From NCBI GenBank assembly GCA_000004985.1, contig GG738912.1: 64,000 nucleotides of DNA, one strand, 5' to 3'. A program made the translations under genes and the position numbers. Positions 20,047 to 32,131 of the stretch are shown here, one piece after another; within the stretch, counting starts at the first letter, position 1, and each line of letters opens with the position of its first letter. The notes under the pieces are model-generated. The model made no database searches and had not been told where the DNA came from. It saw only the letters and a program-made list of their open reading frames with translations. This DNA is from Naegleria gruberi (Eukaryota).

Positions 20047-22191
20047 TTATTTGGCTTGATTTTCAGGATGTTTCTTCTTCAATTCTTCTTCCAATTTACG
20101 TTGTTGTTCCTCAATGATTGCATGTTCCTTTTTCTTTCTTTCCTCATCTTCTTTTCTTCTCTTTTCCTCTTCTGCCTTTTTTCTTTCTTCTTCGATACGT
20201 TTTTGTTCTTCCTCTCTTCTCTTCTTTTCATCATCTTCCTTCTTTCTCCTTTCTTCTTCTGCTTTCTTCTTCTTTGCTTCAAGCTCTTTTTGTTTTCTTT
20301 CCAGCTCGAGCGCCTTTTCCAGTTCAATCTTTCTCAATTCCTCTTCAATTTGATGGACACACTCATCATACCTTAACTTGGAATCCCCAATTAGGAGCTT
20401 TCCCTTTTCGTGCCAAAATATTTTGAGATCGGTAAGAGCTTTTTCCTGTCTTGCTGATTCCAGATGGTTAGTAAATTCTAATTGTAAATCTCTTTGTTGT
20501 CTGATTGTGGTTATGTACATGTCCAATTTTTTCATTTCAATTTGAGTGTCACCTTTAGTTCCTAAGCTTTCAACAACTTTTCTAGCTCTCTTTCTAAAAT
20601 CAATGACATCTTGATAAATACGATTGAGTTCTTGCTCGCTCTCCACTTTGGCACAGTTTCTCACAAACAAATCATTGGAAAATGAGCTGGTGGCATTAGA
20701 TATTGGCGATAATACCTTATCCTCCAGATATTTTAACTTTTCTTTCAACTCGGTCTTTGTACTTTGTTCGTTATCCATTTTGACAATGTGCGCCGATGCT
20801 TCCTCAATTAACTCGTTCAATTTAGTCGATTTTAAGTAATAATTCTCGGATTTTTGTTTAAGTTGCTTGATATTTTCAAGAGAAATGTCACTAAGGATAT
20901 GTCTAGTTTGAAGAACTCTGGTAAATTCATCCTCCAATCTATTTAAATCATCAGCCATAACGCAAGCGTTCGAATAGTATTCTTCAATTTCAATTTGCAG
21001 ATATTTAGAATCAAATTTCAAAAAATTAATTTTGAATATGATTTCATCTGATTTGTTAGGTATTTTGATGATTCCTGCTTTGATTTCATTAACAATATCT
21101 CTGATCAAATCGCCATCTTTTACATTCATGGAATTGATCAATTTTTCACCAAGGTTCAAAATATGCTCGCAAATGACGACTTCCCATTTACTTTCTGGAA
21201 TATAACCAATCAGAATTCTAAATTTGAGTGGCCCTTGACTGAAAAGTGTTGGTCGGTGAGCTATGGCATGATGTTGCAGCTTTACAATAAAATCCATAGG
21301 AATCAGCGAAGGATAACAAGGGAATGTATCAGTAATATATAAACTGGATGGTTTTTCTTCTGCTTGTGAAATATTTTCAAAAGGTTCCTCATACAATTCA
21401 AAATACTGTATCAATTGCTTGAAAATATCATTCTTTCCTGAAGATGAATATGTAATTGGTGAGATATTTTCTTTAAATTGATTAAAGAACCCAGAAAGTA
21501 CGGTAACATCAAAATTATAATTTGATGAAGATGCTGTAATACCTGGAATATTTGATAATCCAGAAACATAGGTAATATTTTCAATAAATAATTTGTAAGC
21601 ACCAATGTGTGATAATTGAGTTTTCACTTCACCTAACCCTCCTGTTTGTTGACTCAAAGTATCTTCCAGAAATACCATTTGTTCAAATTCCTCAAATACA
21701 TCCACTTGATAATAAACAGATCCCAATCCCAATGTCACACCACTAATAAGATCAATTTCAATTTCATCCTTTCCAATCTGTGTCAAATATTTAAAGAATG
21801 GTGAATAAGGATCAGCCAAATCGATACGTATCTCCCAAGAATCAGAGGCCTTTAACAATTTCAAGCTCTGTAAGGTCTTTTTATCCTTTGAAATAAGATC
21901 AGAATGATCAACTTCATGAAAATCATGATCATCATTAGATGTCCTTGTGAGAACTGGAATTTCCTTCTTTGTTTTGGTCTTATTCACAAAATTGTGATCA
22001 ATTCTCTTCTTTCCAATTCTAATATCAACATAAAACTCCAAACCAAATCCTCCAACAACATTGGTATTCTTCACTTTGATCGTATAGACACCTCTGTGAG
22101 TAGGCTTGAATGATACAATTTCTTCCTTTCCTTTTCCAAGAAAGCCTTTTTTACTTTTAATCATTACATGAACTGTATCAATCCATTCCAT
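20047..22191 (-). CDS. Large protein with an N-terminal beta-rich domain and a C-terminal K/E/R charged coiled coil; 714 aa
   Basis: This is a long ORF. The C-terminus is ELERKQKELEAKKKKAEEERRKKEDDEKKRREEEQKR.... The antisense ORFs 20079..20426 are low-complexity artefacts. Confidence 0.45.
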   Translation of the reverse strand: MEWIDTVHVMIKSKKGFLGKGKEEIVSFKPTHRGVYTIKVKNTNVVGGFGLEFYVDIRIGKKRIDHNFVNKTKTKKEIPVLTRTSNDDHDFHEVDHSDLISKDKKTLQSLKLLKASDSWEIRIDLADPYSPFFKYLTQIGKDEIEIDLISGVTLGLGSVYYQVDVFEEFEQMVFLEDTLSQQTGGLGEVKTQLSHIGAYKLFIENITYVSGLSNIPGITASSSNYNFDVTVLSGFFNQFKENISPITYSSSGKNDIFKQLIQYFELYEEPFENISQAEEKPSSLYITDTFPCYPSLIPMDFIVKLQHHAIAHRPTLFSQGPLKFRILIGYIPESKWEVVICEHILNLGEKLINSMNVKDGDLIRDIVNEIKAGIIKIPNKSDEIIFKINFLKFDSKYLQIEIEEYYSNACVMADDLNRLEDEFTRVLQTRHILSDISLENIKQLKQKSENYYLKSTKLNELIEEASAHIVKMDNEQSTKTELKEKLKYLEDKVLSPISNATSSFSNDLFVRNCAKVESEQELNRIYQDVIDFRKRARKVVESLGTKGDTQIEMKKLDMYITTIRQQRDLQLEFTNHLESARQEKALTDLKIFWHEKGKLLIGDSKLRYDECVHQIEEELRKIELEKALELERKQKELEAKKKKAEEERRKKEDDEKKRREEEQKRIEEERKKAEEEKRRKEDEERKKKEHAIIEEQQRKLEEELKKKHPENQAK

Positions 22192-22775
22192 GATTGAATA
22201 ATTATAATTAATGTGTAATTACATATATATTACATACAATATGATGATTGATTGGGTAATTCAGAGTCGACCATAACAAATTCATCCTCTCCATCATCGT
22301 CATCATCAACGTGATCCTCATGATGATAGAACAACTTGTTAGCACTCGTATCCGATCGACTGCCTCCAACAATATTCTTCAATAGATTCATGATGATCCT
22401 TTTCCTCTTCAATTTATTCAATCAATATTCAACAACAGCAATATATTAACCGTTCAAATTTGAAACCCTGACCAAAGCAATAACAACAAGAATAATTATC
22501 TATTGTGGTGCTACTACTGCTGTAGAATGATCGGTGTTTTTTCTGTTGTGTGATTATTTGAAGTGTCGTTTGAAAAGTGATGGCGTGATAACCTCTTTGT
22601 TTTTTTAATTGGAAATGAACAAGAGTCCGAAAATTATTCACTCCGGACCTTAATATTTTATAAATTAATAATTATAATAACTATTGAAGCGTTAACAATT
22701 CTCAACTCTCCAGGTAATAATAGTGCCTATGGTAGGTAATAGTAGATTCGAATAGGTCTCAATCTAGAACATTAT

Positions 22776-23812
22776 TTAATGTTTGAGGAGTTGTTCAATT
22801 TGTTGTTGGAGGTTTTCTATGGAATCGTATTCTTGTTGAGCTTTCATAGAGGAATAGAGATGTGTGGAAAGTGTGGAGGTCACAATGAAAACGAAAAGGA
22901 AGAGCACAATATCTGAAATGAATCGATCTACACTCACCCAAATTCCTTTAACAAATAAGAACATATCCAAAGCTGATTCAGTATGCATGGAAAATATGGA
23001 TTTACCACTCAGTAATCCTGGTAAAATTATTGCCAATTCAAATGTAATTAATACTGAAACTGGTGTAAATTGACTAAAATAGCCCAACAAGGTATCCAAT
23101 CCTGCAGCTCCAAAATGCAATTTTTCATTATGATAGAAAGTAGAAATAGCACACATGAATGAAAGAATCAAGATGAAGAGAGGTCTTAATTTTTCGAAAA
23201 TACCTGGTTTGGCTTTTGCACTTGCTTCCTTATCCCAATTTGCAAGATTTGGTATTGCTGATGTTAGTGAATCATGTGTTGAAATACTTGGTTCTATAGT
23301 GATTGGTTGTTCGTATTCTCTGGTCTCCTTCTCAATTAATTTAGGATCATGTAGCTTGAAGAGTGGAGAGTAGGCTTCCTCTACTTTTTGATTAATTAAT
23401 AAGCTCAATGCTTCGATAGGTGAAGGATGTGAATGAGATGGTAATTCCGATGGTTGTGATACTAATGATGGATTTTCAACACTAACAGGTTGTTGTGTAG
23501 ATGTTCCTTCTTGTTGTTGTCCGATGAATCTTTTTCTTCCTTTGATTCCAAATTTTCCACTGCTGTAGAAGATGATGGTGTTGTAGTAGGAGCAGAATCA
23601 CCATACATAATCTTATTCATTCTCGATTCTCCTTGTCCTTTAATCTTCTCAAGTCTCCTCCTTCTCAAGATTTCTCTCTTTTCTTCATCCGTTAATTTTC
23701 TCTTTTGCATAACAGGTGGAGTTGATTGTTCGGCTCCTTCATTGTTAGAAGTTGGTGTTATTTCCTCTTGTGTTGTTGTTGTTGGGATTTGTTCGTTGTC
23801 TTGTTCAGTCAT
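22776..23812 (-). CDS. GET2/CAML-like tail-anchored-protein insertion receptor subunit. The N-terminal segment is 23812..23462 and the TM segment is about 23530..22776. A -1 frame discontinuity lies between them.
   Basis: The N-terminus LTDEEKREILRRRRLEKIKGQGESRMNKIMYG closely resembles the Get3-binding motif of yeast Get2 (LTEAEKRRLLRERRQKKF...SRLNKITGQ). The C-terminal part has three hydrophobic helices (LFILILSFMCAISTFY, VSVLITFELAIILPGLL, IVLFLFVFIVTSTL), as in Get2/CAML. Confidence 0.55.
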
Positions 23813-23993
23813 TTTTTAATATTTGAATTATTTAAATATATTTAATTTATATTATAGTCTTCAATATAATTTAAATCCATAATTAAAAGATCTGCTTCAT
23901 GAAAATCCTTCTTTTAATTCCAAAATAATTTAATTCTTATTAAATTTTTAAATAATTAAATATTATATAATTTTACAATTTATTTACAAAAAT

Positions 23994-24593
23994 TTACATT
24001 TGTTCAAATGTTCTTTCAACTTGCTTGGTAGCATCCCTAATTTTAGAGTGTAAATCTTGTAATTGTTCCGCATTACATGAAATTGTTGCTTCTTGTCCAT
24101 CCTTACATTTAAATCGGAGTGTGTAAACAGGTTCATGTACTTGTTTCAATTCACTAGTTTTCAAAACATAGTCCAATCTCCAATCCAATTGAACAATTTC
24201 AGGGAAGGAAAATGTTTTTTGTTTTAAAACACATTCACGGATATCCTTCTTATAAGTTTCATATTCCTGAGAAAGATAATTCAATCGTTGACGATTCACA
24301 AAGTGATCTTCCAACAAGTGAGTAAGTTCAATAGCAGCCATATCATGTTTAGAAGCCTCCAATAAAAGATAAACAATTGCCGATTGTACAGCCTTTTGAT
24401 CAAATGTTGTTGGAACAAGAGGTGTCGTATTGTTGGAAATCATTTCTTGAATTTGTTCGGAAAGTGGCTTGGTTGATGTTTTCAAAATTGAGAGTATCGA
24501 TACATTGACTAATTGTTTAAATGTTTGTTCATCAAAATATTGGTCCTCGGAGAGTGCTGTGAGGATGTGTTTACATGAAGCGTTCAATTCCAT
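23994..24593 (-). CDS. COMM domain-containing protein (199 aa)
   Basis: The C-terminal COMM domain reads FSFPEIVQLDWRLDYVLKTSELKQVHEPVYTLRFKCKDG...ISCNAEQLQDLHSKIRDATKQVE. An N-terminal helical domain precedes it. The start is ATG 24593. Confidence 0.65.
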   Translation of the reverse strand: MELNASCKHILTALSEDQYFDEQTFKQLVNVSILSILKTSTKPLSEQIQEMISNNTTPLVPTTFDQKAVQSAIVYLLLEASKHDMAAIELTHLLEDHFVNRQRLNYLSQEYETYKKDIRECVLKQKTFSFPEIVQLDWRLDYVLKTSELKQVHEPVYTLRFKCKDGQEATISCNAEQLQDLHSKIRDATKQVERTFEQM

Positions 24594-24729
24594 TTTTTTT
24601 AAAATTTAAAGATTTTTTAAGACATGAAAAATATTGGAAAAGGAGTACCTGGAATTACGGATCCAACTGGAAAAACAGTTAATAATTTAATATTTAGCTT
24701 GTACGAAGTCAAGAAAAATAAAAAACAAC

Positions 24730-24803
24730 TACCGACAATGGGGCTCGAACCCACGACCCCAGGATTAGAAGTCCTGTGCTCTATCCAACTGAGCTATGAC
24801 GGC
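24730..24803 (-). tRNA. tRNA-Arg (anticodon TCT)
   Basis: The minus strand reads GCCGTCATAGCTCAGTTGGATAGAGCACAGGACTTCTAATCCTGGGGTCGTGGGTTCGAGCCCCATTGTCGGTA. It folds as a cloverleaf with a CTTCTAA anticodon loop and a TTCGAGC T-loop. The acceptor stem has one mismatch. A T-run follows the 3' end immediately. Confidence 0.85.
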
Positions 24804-24954
24804 TTTACATTCACCAAAAATGCCGCCTTAAGTTATTATTCTTGAACAAGATTTCATTATTAAATTGATAAGGATTCTCTTGTTGAAATTGAGAAGAGAA
24901 CTGAAGTTAAGGTGGAATTGTTTAATTTTATGGAATTACCTTTGTACTATCTGT

Positions 24955-25929
24955 TCAATTTCTTATTGTCCACCAGGAATGTTCCAGCTTAATACCTGTT
25001 GAGGATGTAAACTTGTTTGTGAACTCGTCTGAAGGGTTCTCAATTGTTAAACTCTTCAACTTGTAAGAAGGTGAAATTTCATAGAAAATTCTTTGGTCCA
25101 ATCCAAACCATATAGTCAATTTTTCCGCACTATCTTTAATGCTTGACAAGACGTTTCTTACACTTATGTCATCCATGGAGTGTTGCCAATGGACAGACAT
25201 GGGGTGTATCAAACCTAATTCTTTCAATTTTGGAAGATGAAATTTCTCAATCTCATTAATATGATAAGAAACAATTTCCAGTTTTTCAAGATTTTCAAAT
25301 GGTGTGTGTAATATTTGGTTTACAATTTGGTTATTAATACTGTTATCTTCAATGTAGAGATATTTCAATTGTTTCATATTCAATATTTCATTATGATAAA
25401 AAAAGACCTTTAAACCTTCTAAATATGGCAATCTTTCACGTAGAATAATCCAGTCTGTTTCTTTAAATGAAACTTCTCTCAATACTAAATATTTCAAAGT
25501 AGAATTTTGTGGAATATTCTCAGGTATAAAATCCGATATTTTAAACTCTAAACGTTTCAATATTCTAGATTCGAATAACTCCACATACTGTTCTCCATTC
25601 AATTTACAATGAAAAAAGGAATAATTGGTAAATAATTTTAACACTTCTCCACAATTTTCCAATTCATTTCTATATTCTAAAGGTTCCTTCACTTGTTTCG
25701 TATAACAGTGCATCTTGTATTCAGCGGCCGATGAAAAATCCTCTCTTTTGCCAATTTCTACTTTTGGCCGAATCATTTCACAATGAAAACAACTTTCTTT
25801 GTCTGTGGAATTTTTCACCACATGTCGGAAAGTAGAACTGACAGCTGCAAATCGAATGACATTTCCATTTGATGGTGTGATGAAGGAATAAATAATGTGA
25901 ATGATTTCCTCTAGATCGAGTGGTTGCAT
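24955..25929 (-). CDS. F-box-like / LRR protein (324 aa)
   Basis: The N-terminus is F-box-like (LDLEEIIHIIYSFITPSNGNVIRFAAVSSTFRHVV). C-terminal leucine-rich units follow (LKYLVLREVSF, LEKLEIVSY, LKELGLIHP). Confidence 0.5.
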   Translation of the reverse strand: MQPLDLEEIIHIIYSFITPSNGNVIRFAAVSSTFRHVVKNSTDKESCFHCEMIRPKVEIGKREDFSSAAEYKMHCYTKQVKEPLEYRNELENCGEVLKLFTNYSFFHCKLNGEQYVELFESRILKRLEFKISDFIPENIPQNSTLKYLVLREVSFKETDWIILRERLPYLEGLKVFFYHNEILNMKQLKYLYIEDNSINNQIVNQILHTPFENLEKLEIVSYHINEIEKFHLPKLKELGLIHPMSVHWQHSMDDISVRNVLSSIKDSAEKLTIWFGLDQRIFYEISPSYKLKSLTIENPSDEFTNKFTSSTGIKLEHSWWTIRN

Positions 25930-26426
25930 TTTTTTGTAAAGTTTTTAGATCAATTACATCACAAAAGAAGATTTGATGTATACTTCAATAATTTACAACA
26001 TGGTAGAGGTGGATTATTGTAAAAAGGAAACTCAACCTACAAGGATGCAACCAGTTATGTATTGTTAATGGAATGCAAATGTGATCATGACAAAGTTTGT
26101 AGGAGAACAAAGGAGCACTCTGGGGTAAAGAATTTCAATGAATTAAGCAATTACTATCCCTTTATATGCTTGGTTTTGAGATAATGGTGGGCTTAGAATT
26201 TAACGAAAATGTTGTTTGCCTTCTTGATGTGTTTTGAAGCTATGGGAGTCACTACAATTTCCTTTTTGCTTAAAATTTTTATCTCAAAACGCGGCAATCT
26301 CTATAATAAAGTCATTCCCCACATGGAATCGATTTTAAACACGAATAGCATGAGATATCTCCAGTTTTTATCTCATTTCAAAATATTGAACCTCAACCAA
26401 CATATTTAATCCAAAAAACAAGAAAA

Positions 26427-28461
26427 ATGAAAAAAACAGCTAAATCCACATCAGCCACAATGAAAGCAAACTCTAAGAAACCTCAGCAAGAAGTTGGAGG
26501 AGGTGTTGGTGAGAAGAAGAACGGTAGTGCTGTTACTAGTGATCAACCTCCCTTAATATCAAAACCATTGAATAACAATAATTGTTCATCATCATCGGCT
26601 GTGAAAGGTATTGTTGGTTCCTCTTCGGAGAATCTTTCAACATTGAAAGGGAAGGATTCTTCTCTGAGTAAGAATGGAACACCTTCTTCATCTCAAACAC
26701 AATTACATTCCTCGAAGATCATGTCATCATCAATTGAAGGAAAAGCAAATTCTGTGGAAGTACCAAAGGCAACAAATGGTGGTGTGAAGAGTAATACTGT
26801 AAAACAGAATCATGTACCTTCAAAGCAAATCTCTTCAGTATCAAATGGAGATAAAATCAAATCACCAAAGAACATTCCACTAAAAACGGACCCAGCATCA
26901 CAAAAGGATAAACTTACAAGATCAATAACTAAATCACCTGGAATTACAAATTCACAACCGAAGGAATCTAAGAGTTTAATAGTGAAACCAACCACTGTGA
27001 AGAGTTCGAAGAGTTCTCATGCTGCAGCTAGACCAACACTTCCAAAATTCACTTTCAAAGATATTCCCTCAGACGTCATTATCATCATTTTCGATTTTTA
27101 TGGGGGAATATTCAAGAACAAGCCGCTAGTTGGTGGAAAGGATGGTAAATTGGACTATTCAAAGTTTATTAAGAAATATTATGGAAGATTTTTGGATAAA
27201 ACTGTAAAATTCCAATACCGATTTATTGAAGGAGAGTTTGAAACAAATACTGACCCAAGAGAAATTGCAGAAATATTGAGGATTCCACTCCTAACTATGA
27301 ATAATCGAAGCATCAAACTGGAGGGAAATATTGCAAGTTATCTATTTAATTGTCCGCTTAAACTATCTGCAGAAATTTCAATGCAAAAGTTGACTAATTT
27401 TATTTCACAACTTGGTGAGGAATGTAAAAGAGTTAAAGTGTTGGATACTGTGAATTTGGAAACTGTTGTGAGTCAATTTGAACTTGCATTCAAATCATTC
27501 CCATTCTTGGAGGTTATCAGAGGAGGTAAAAATATGATTAAGGCAAAATACACTGATCATGCTGCAAGATTTCACTATTTTGAAGAAGAAATGATAAGAG
27601 CTCTCGAGCATGGAGGTTCAAATGTGAAAGAAATCATGTGGATAGGATCACCCCTTCCAAAATCTCTCCCATTCATTACTCCAAATCTGGAAATCCTTTC
27701 ACTAGGTAAGTTTTTCACACAATCTCAATGATCATACCAATTGAAAAAAAGAATGTCCTAACAGTATTCTCTCACTCTCTAACGCATTCTCAATGTGGCA
27801 AAAATTGAAAGAAATTTCCTTCACAAAACATGAGATTTATATAGATTACAATCCACCACCTCTTAACATTGGTGCTTACAATACATTGGTTACTCATTTG
27901 AACAGTATGGAAAATCTTGCAAAATTATCAATTCTATCGGAAGAGAGATTTCCAATGCAAAGTTTCAAATTGTTAGAGCACAAGCGTTCTATTACACATT
28001 TGAACTTTTCCTGTTTGGCAATTGATAATGAGACAGTTAAAACGATTGGAACTTTTTGTAATTTGAAGGAAATTAAGATTTACTCTGCTTACTTTCAGTC
28101 TAAATCTTTGGAAAGTTGGTTAGGATTGAAACAATTGGAATCCATCACTTTGGATAGTTGCTCAGAATTGACTGAATTGGCCATTGACTATCTCTCCCGA
28201 ATAACAACCCTCAAAAAGCTATGTTTCTGCAATAGAAACATCAAAGATAAGGGTGCCTTAAAATTAGTTTCCCTGAAGAAGTTAGAGTATCTCGATCTGA
28301 GTTACTCACTTATCACAAGCAGCGTCATTGAACCTATTTTCAAATCATGCAGAAAATTGAAAACTTTCATTGTCAGAGGATGTAAGAATATTCACACAGA
28401 AAATATGAAGGATAGCATCATTGTTGGAGGTTTTCAACAATCTGGAGAGGTCCACGGATGA
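26427..28461 (+). CDS. Ser-rich F-box/LRR (AMN1/FBXL-like, cysteine-containing LRR) protein, join(26427..27705, 27752..28461), about 662 aa
   Basis: The GTAAGT donor is at 27706. The AAAAAAAG acceptor ends at 27751, giving a 46-nt intron. This joins the frames of track ORFs 26427..27731 and 27793..28461. The C-terminal LRRs read NLKEIKIY, LESITLDSCSELTELAIDYLS, LKKLCFCNRNIKDKGALKL and LEYLDLSYS. Confidence 0.6.
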
Positions 28462-29889
28462 ACAAGATCCGTAGCCAATATCTCAATAAGTTAATAATAT
28501 CGGGTACAGTTCAATAAATAAGGATATATTTTGTACTTTCTTTGGAATTGCATTGATCGATCTGAAACAGCAAGTATCATCACTGCATTCTCTCACCTTA
28601 ATACATGATCCTTAACAGTTATTAAACTCTTTCACTCTGCAAAATCACACAAATGATGTCCACTTTACATTTTCATCATGTAAATCATCATTGATTGTTG
28701 ATAGTGAATAGTGTAACCAAATAGCTTGCAATAATGTTATTAAAGAGAAGGTTTTTTCCAAGTTTGTTCTGACTCATTATCTATCAATACCAAAACAGCA
28801 GCCAAATTGCGTATTCTACATCCAAACAAACTCAAAAGATTGTCCAAACATTCTCTCTAACCACAACTGGAGTTTTTTGCATCCCTAACAACAACAATAT
28901 CTGCCATAATATATTGGCACTAACAGTTCAGTAAAGAGAACGCCACCACAACTCATACAAACTCTTGCTGCTTGAAATTGCAACCAACAACAATAGGTAT
29001 ATATTGCACTCACACAATATTCATACATATTCTTTATATTAGAGAAAAAGCACACAAAAGTATTAATCACTTGGTGGCGGTGTCAAAAGGTTTGTTTTTT
29101 TGAAATTTTGAAGTTTTTACTAATTGATAATGTGCTGCTCATTGGGATGATATTTGGTTTCATCACTAATTATCATCATTATTGTTTTACAATTATTGCT
29201 ATCGGGTAAAATCATTCGTAAATTTATGTTATCCATATTATGATGATATATTATTGGTGTTTTGATTTTACTTTGATGATGGAATATCCTTGAATATATA
29301 ATATTTAATATTATGTAATATTAATCATGATCAATACTATGAAATGTTCAATACTACTATTATGTACCATACCAAATGTATCTTCTCTGAATGATCATCA
29401 TACCATCAACAACTTTCATCAGCAATCATCAAATCATCAACACAAGAAGAACAAGATCATCATCTCTAATCTTCTTCTTATTGTTGTTATAGCATTATAC
29501 AACCGAGAGTAGAATTGGAATATCTCAACAGTAATCATTGTTGTCTATTGAAAAAACTTCACATCATCATTGTTAGAACTTCTTGTTAGGAATATAGATA
29601 ACAACGACCACCATCACCATCATTACTACAACAATTTGTTACTAGTATTGTGTCGACATTGTAATTATCTTACTCGAAATTTTCAAAGGCTTTGTTCATA
29701 GAGAACGAACAGAAATAATCAAAAAGTCTCTAGAGTGCTCGCTCGCTTCTCTGTAAATATTTACTTCACGAGCTCGAGAGTTGCTCTCATCATTCATAGC
29801 TATATTGTATTCGGTGTGGTGTGTTCTGTTTTGTGGTCTTGTTGCAAGAATAACAACAACAGCTGAGCGAAAAATCATCACACAAACAA

Positions 29890-31836
29890 ATGCCACAGCA
29901 CAACAAGGGAAATAATTCTTCTTCTTCGTCAAGTCAACAACATCATCAAGAACAACAACAGGAAAGTTCTTCCTCTTCCTCCACTATTGCTGCTGCTGGT
30001 AATAATAATAATAATACAACTACTACTACAACAACAACTACCTCTGAGACAAATAGTGGTTCCAATAATTCCGCTACTTCCAATTCGTCATCATCTGGTG
30101 TTGCCAATAATTCATCTCATCAAATAATAATAAGAATAACAAACAACAAGGAAATACAAATTCCAATAGTACAAATAATAATAATAATAATAATAGTAAT
30201 AATAATAACATGATGACAAATCAATCATCAACGCCTACCAATTCCTCCTCCTCCAACAATAACCAATCCTCTAATAATTCAAATGTACAATCCAACAATA
30301 ATCAACAACGTAACTCTCCACAAAATCAACGAACATCACAAGATCAAACAAATGGTATGGACCAACAATCAATGCATAATTTAATGTCTGGCCAAGTTGA
30401 TCCTAATAATATCAACGGCAATGTAATGTCAAGTTTAGATGCCAATTCGTTAAGTATGATATTAATGAACAATAATGGAGGAATACCAAACTTGAATGCC
30501 CACCAACTTGTTCAACTGTTTAATTCAGATCCAAGCATTTTGAATAATCCATTCGTTAGAAAGCTCCTTACAAATAATGGAAATATGAATGGTATTGCAG
30601 GAAACATGCCATCACAAGCAGGTATGATTGCTGGAAATAACGGTAATATGAATGGTATTGTAATGGGTAATGATCCAATGAATAATATGAATAATTTACA
30701 ACAAGGAAACAAGGAACACCTCGTGGTGCAGGCAACAATCCATCGGGAGGTTTTAATGTTCAACAACAACAACCTAATAATAATAATGTTGGAAATAATT
30801 CATCTCTAGGAGTTACTCAAGAAGATGGTCTTTCAGGAAATTTATCTAGGATGTTTAATGTGAATATGATGCAAAATGGTGTTCCACAAGGAAATAATCA
30901 TATCGTGATGAATCAGAATATAATGAATAGAAATGTAACACCTAATAATCCATTTTCACAACAGCCACTACAAATATCCAATGGTAGTGGTAATTGGAGT
31001 CAAGGTGAATTGGAATATCTTAAAATTGCTATTGCCAGACATCCAGATAATGTCGATTTGGTACGCCAATGTTTTCCTAAACGTTCTGCTCAAGATGTAC
31101 AGAATAGAATACAAATCATGATTAATGAAATGAAACAACAAGGAGTCATGCCAAATGGCAATAGAATAATAATAATGTTTCAACACCGACTGCTCCTAAC
31201 AATGTCAATAATAAGAGACCTAGTATTTCAATGCCATCACCTGGAAATGATCAAGCCAAGAGAGTGAAGACAGATTCACCTGTAAACAAGACATTTAATA
31301 GTACTGGAACACCATCATCCCCTTCAACCACTTTGGTGTCTAACTCCAATTCTACTAATAATAATAATAATACTGCTAATAATAATACAGCCATCAATAA
31401 GCAAAATATTGCACCATCTGCAGCTCAATCAGAACGATACATTCAAACACTTTTACAAAATAATAATTCACTCATATCAGAAATCAAAGGAAATATTGAT
31501 CAAAGGAAAATTACATCCAATGTAAATCTTATCAACAAATTTAGAGATAATATTATTCAAATTTTAACGTGTATGTCAATGATGGAAGGTATTATGAGTC
31601 AAATGCCTCCAATACCTGTAAAATTGAGCACTATTTGTGTACCTAAGGGTGTCACTAATAACACACCAACTAGTAGTAGTAATCAACCAAACAACCAACA
31701 ACCTCAACCTTCACAACAAAATATTGTCACAACTCCAAGCACGCCCCAAGATAATAATTCCACAACCACTTTCCAAAATATGTTAGGATCTTCCAATGGT
31801 GGAGGTTTTATGATGAACAATAAGAAAATGTTATAA
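29890..31836 (+). CDS. N/Q/S/T-rich protein with a Myb/SANT-like domain. It runs through four consecutive ORFs in different frames (introns or frameshifts unresolved).
   Basis: The SANT-like segment is WSQGELEYLKIAIARHPDNVDLVRQCFPKRSAQDVQNRIQ (about 30990-31110). Homopolymeric N, T, S and Q tracts are encoded by AAT/ACA/ACT microsatellites. The four pieces are 29890..30213, 30210..30809, 30851..31267 and 31231..31836. Confidence 0.45.
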
Positions 31837-32131
31837 ACACATATATTTATTTTAAAATGTAAAAAAGGAAACTATTCCACCAATAAATTATTTGATTTCC
31901 AAAATAATTAGTTTATTAATTTTTTATTTATTTTATATTAATTAATTACATCCTTAACGACCAAATTCTGTACAATCTTTTGCAATCTGGAAAAAATTGC
32001 CTAACCATACTGTTGATTCCTCAGAGTAGCAATATCAGACAAGTTTAAAAGCAAATGGAAAAAATTACGGCATTAATTCTTTATTTGTTTGGTTATGTAC
32101 AGGGCTTGGTATATAGTATTATATTATTATA

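Noticed and set aside
20079-20426. The K/E- or S/F-rich ORFs overlapping the 3' end of the coiled-coil gene on both strands
   Set aside because: They are artefacts of the purine-rich AAG/GAA repeat that encodes the K/E/R coiled coil on the minus strand.
24624-24845. The ORF 24624..24845 (+), which overlaps the tRNA-Arg locus
   Set aside because: It reads straight through a tRNA gene on the opposite strand, and no supporting motifs are present. It is spurious.
29730-29800. A locally GC-richer segment (gtgctcgctcgcttctctg...cgagctcgagag) considered as a possible snRNA (U6-like)
   Set aside because: It does not match the U6 core (GTGCTCGCTTCGGCAGCACATATACTAAAATTGGAAC) or other spliceosomal snRNA signatures. 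It is more likely the 5' UTR or promoter of the Myb/SANT gene.
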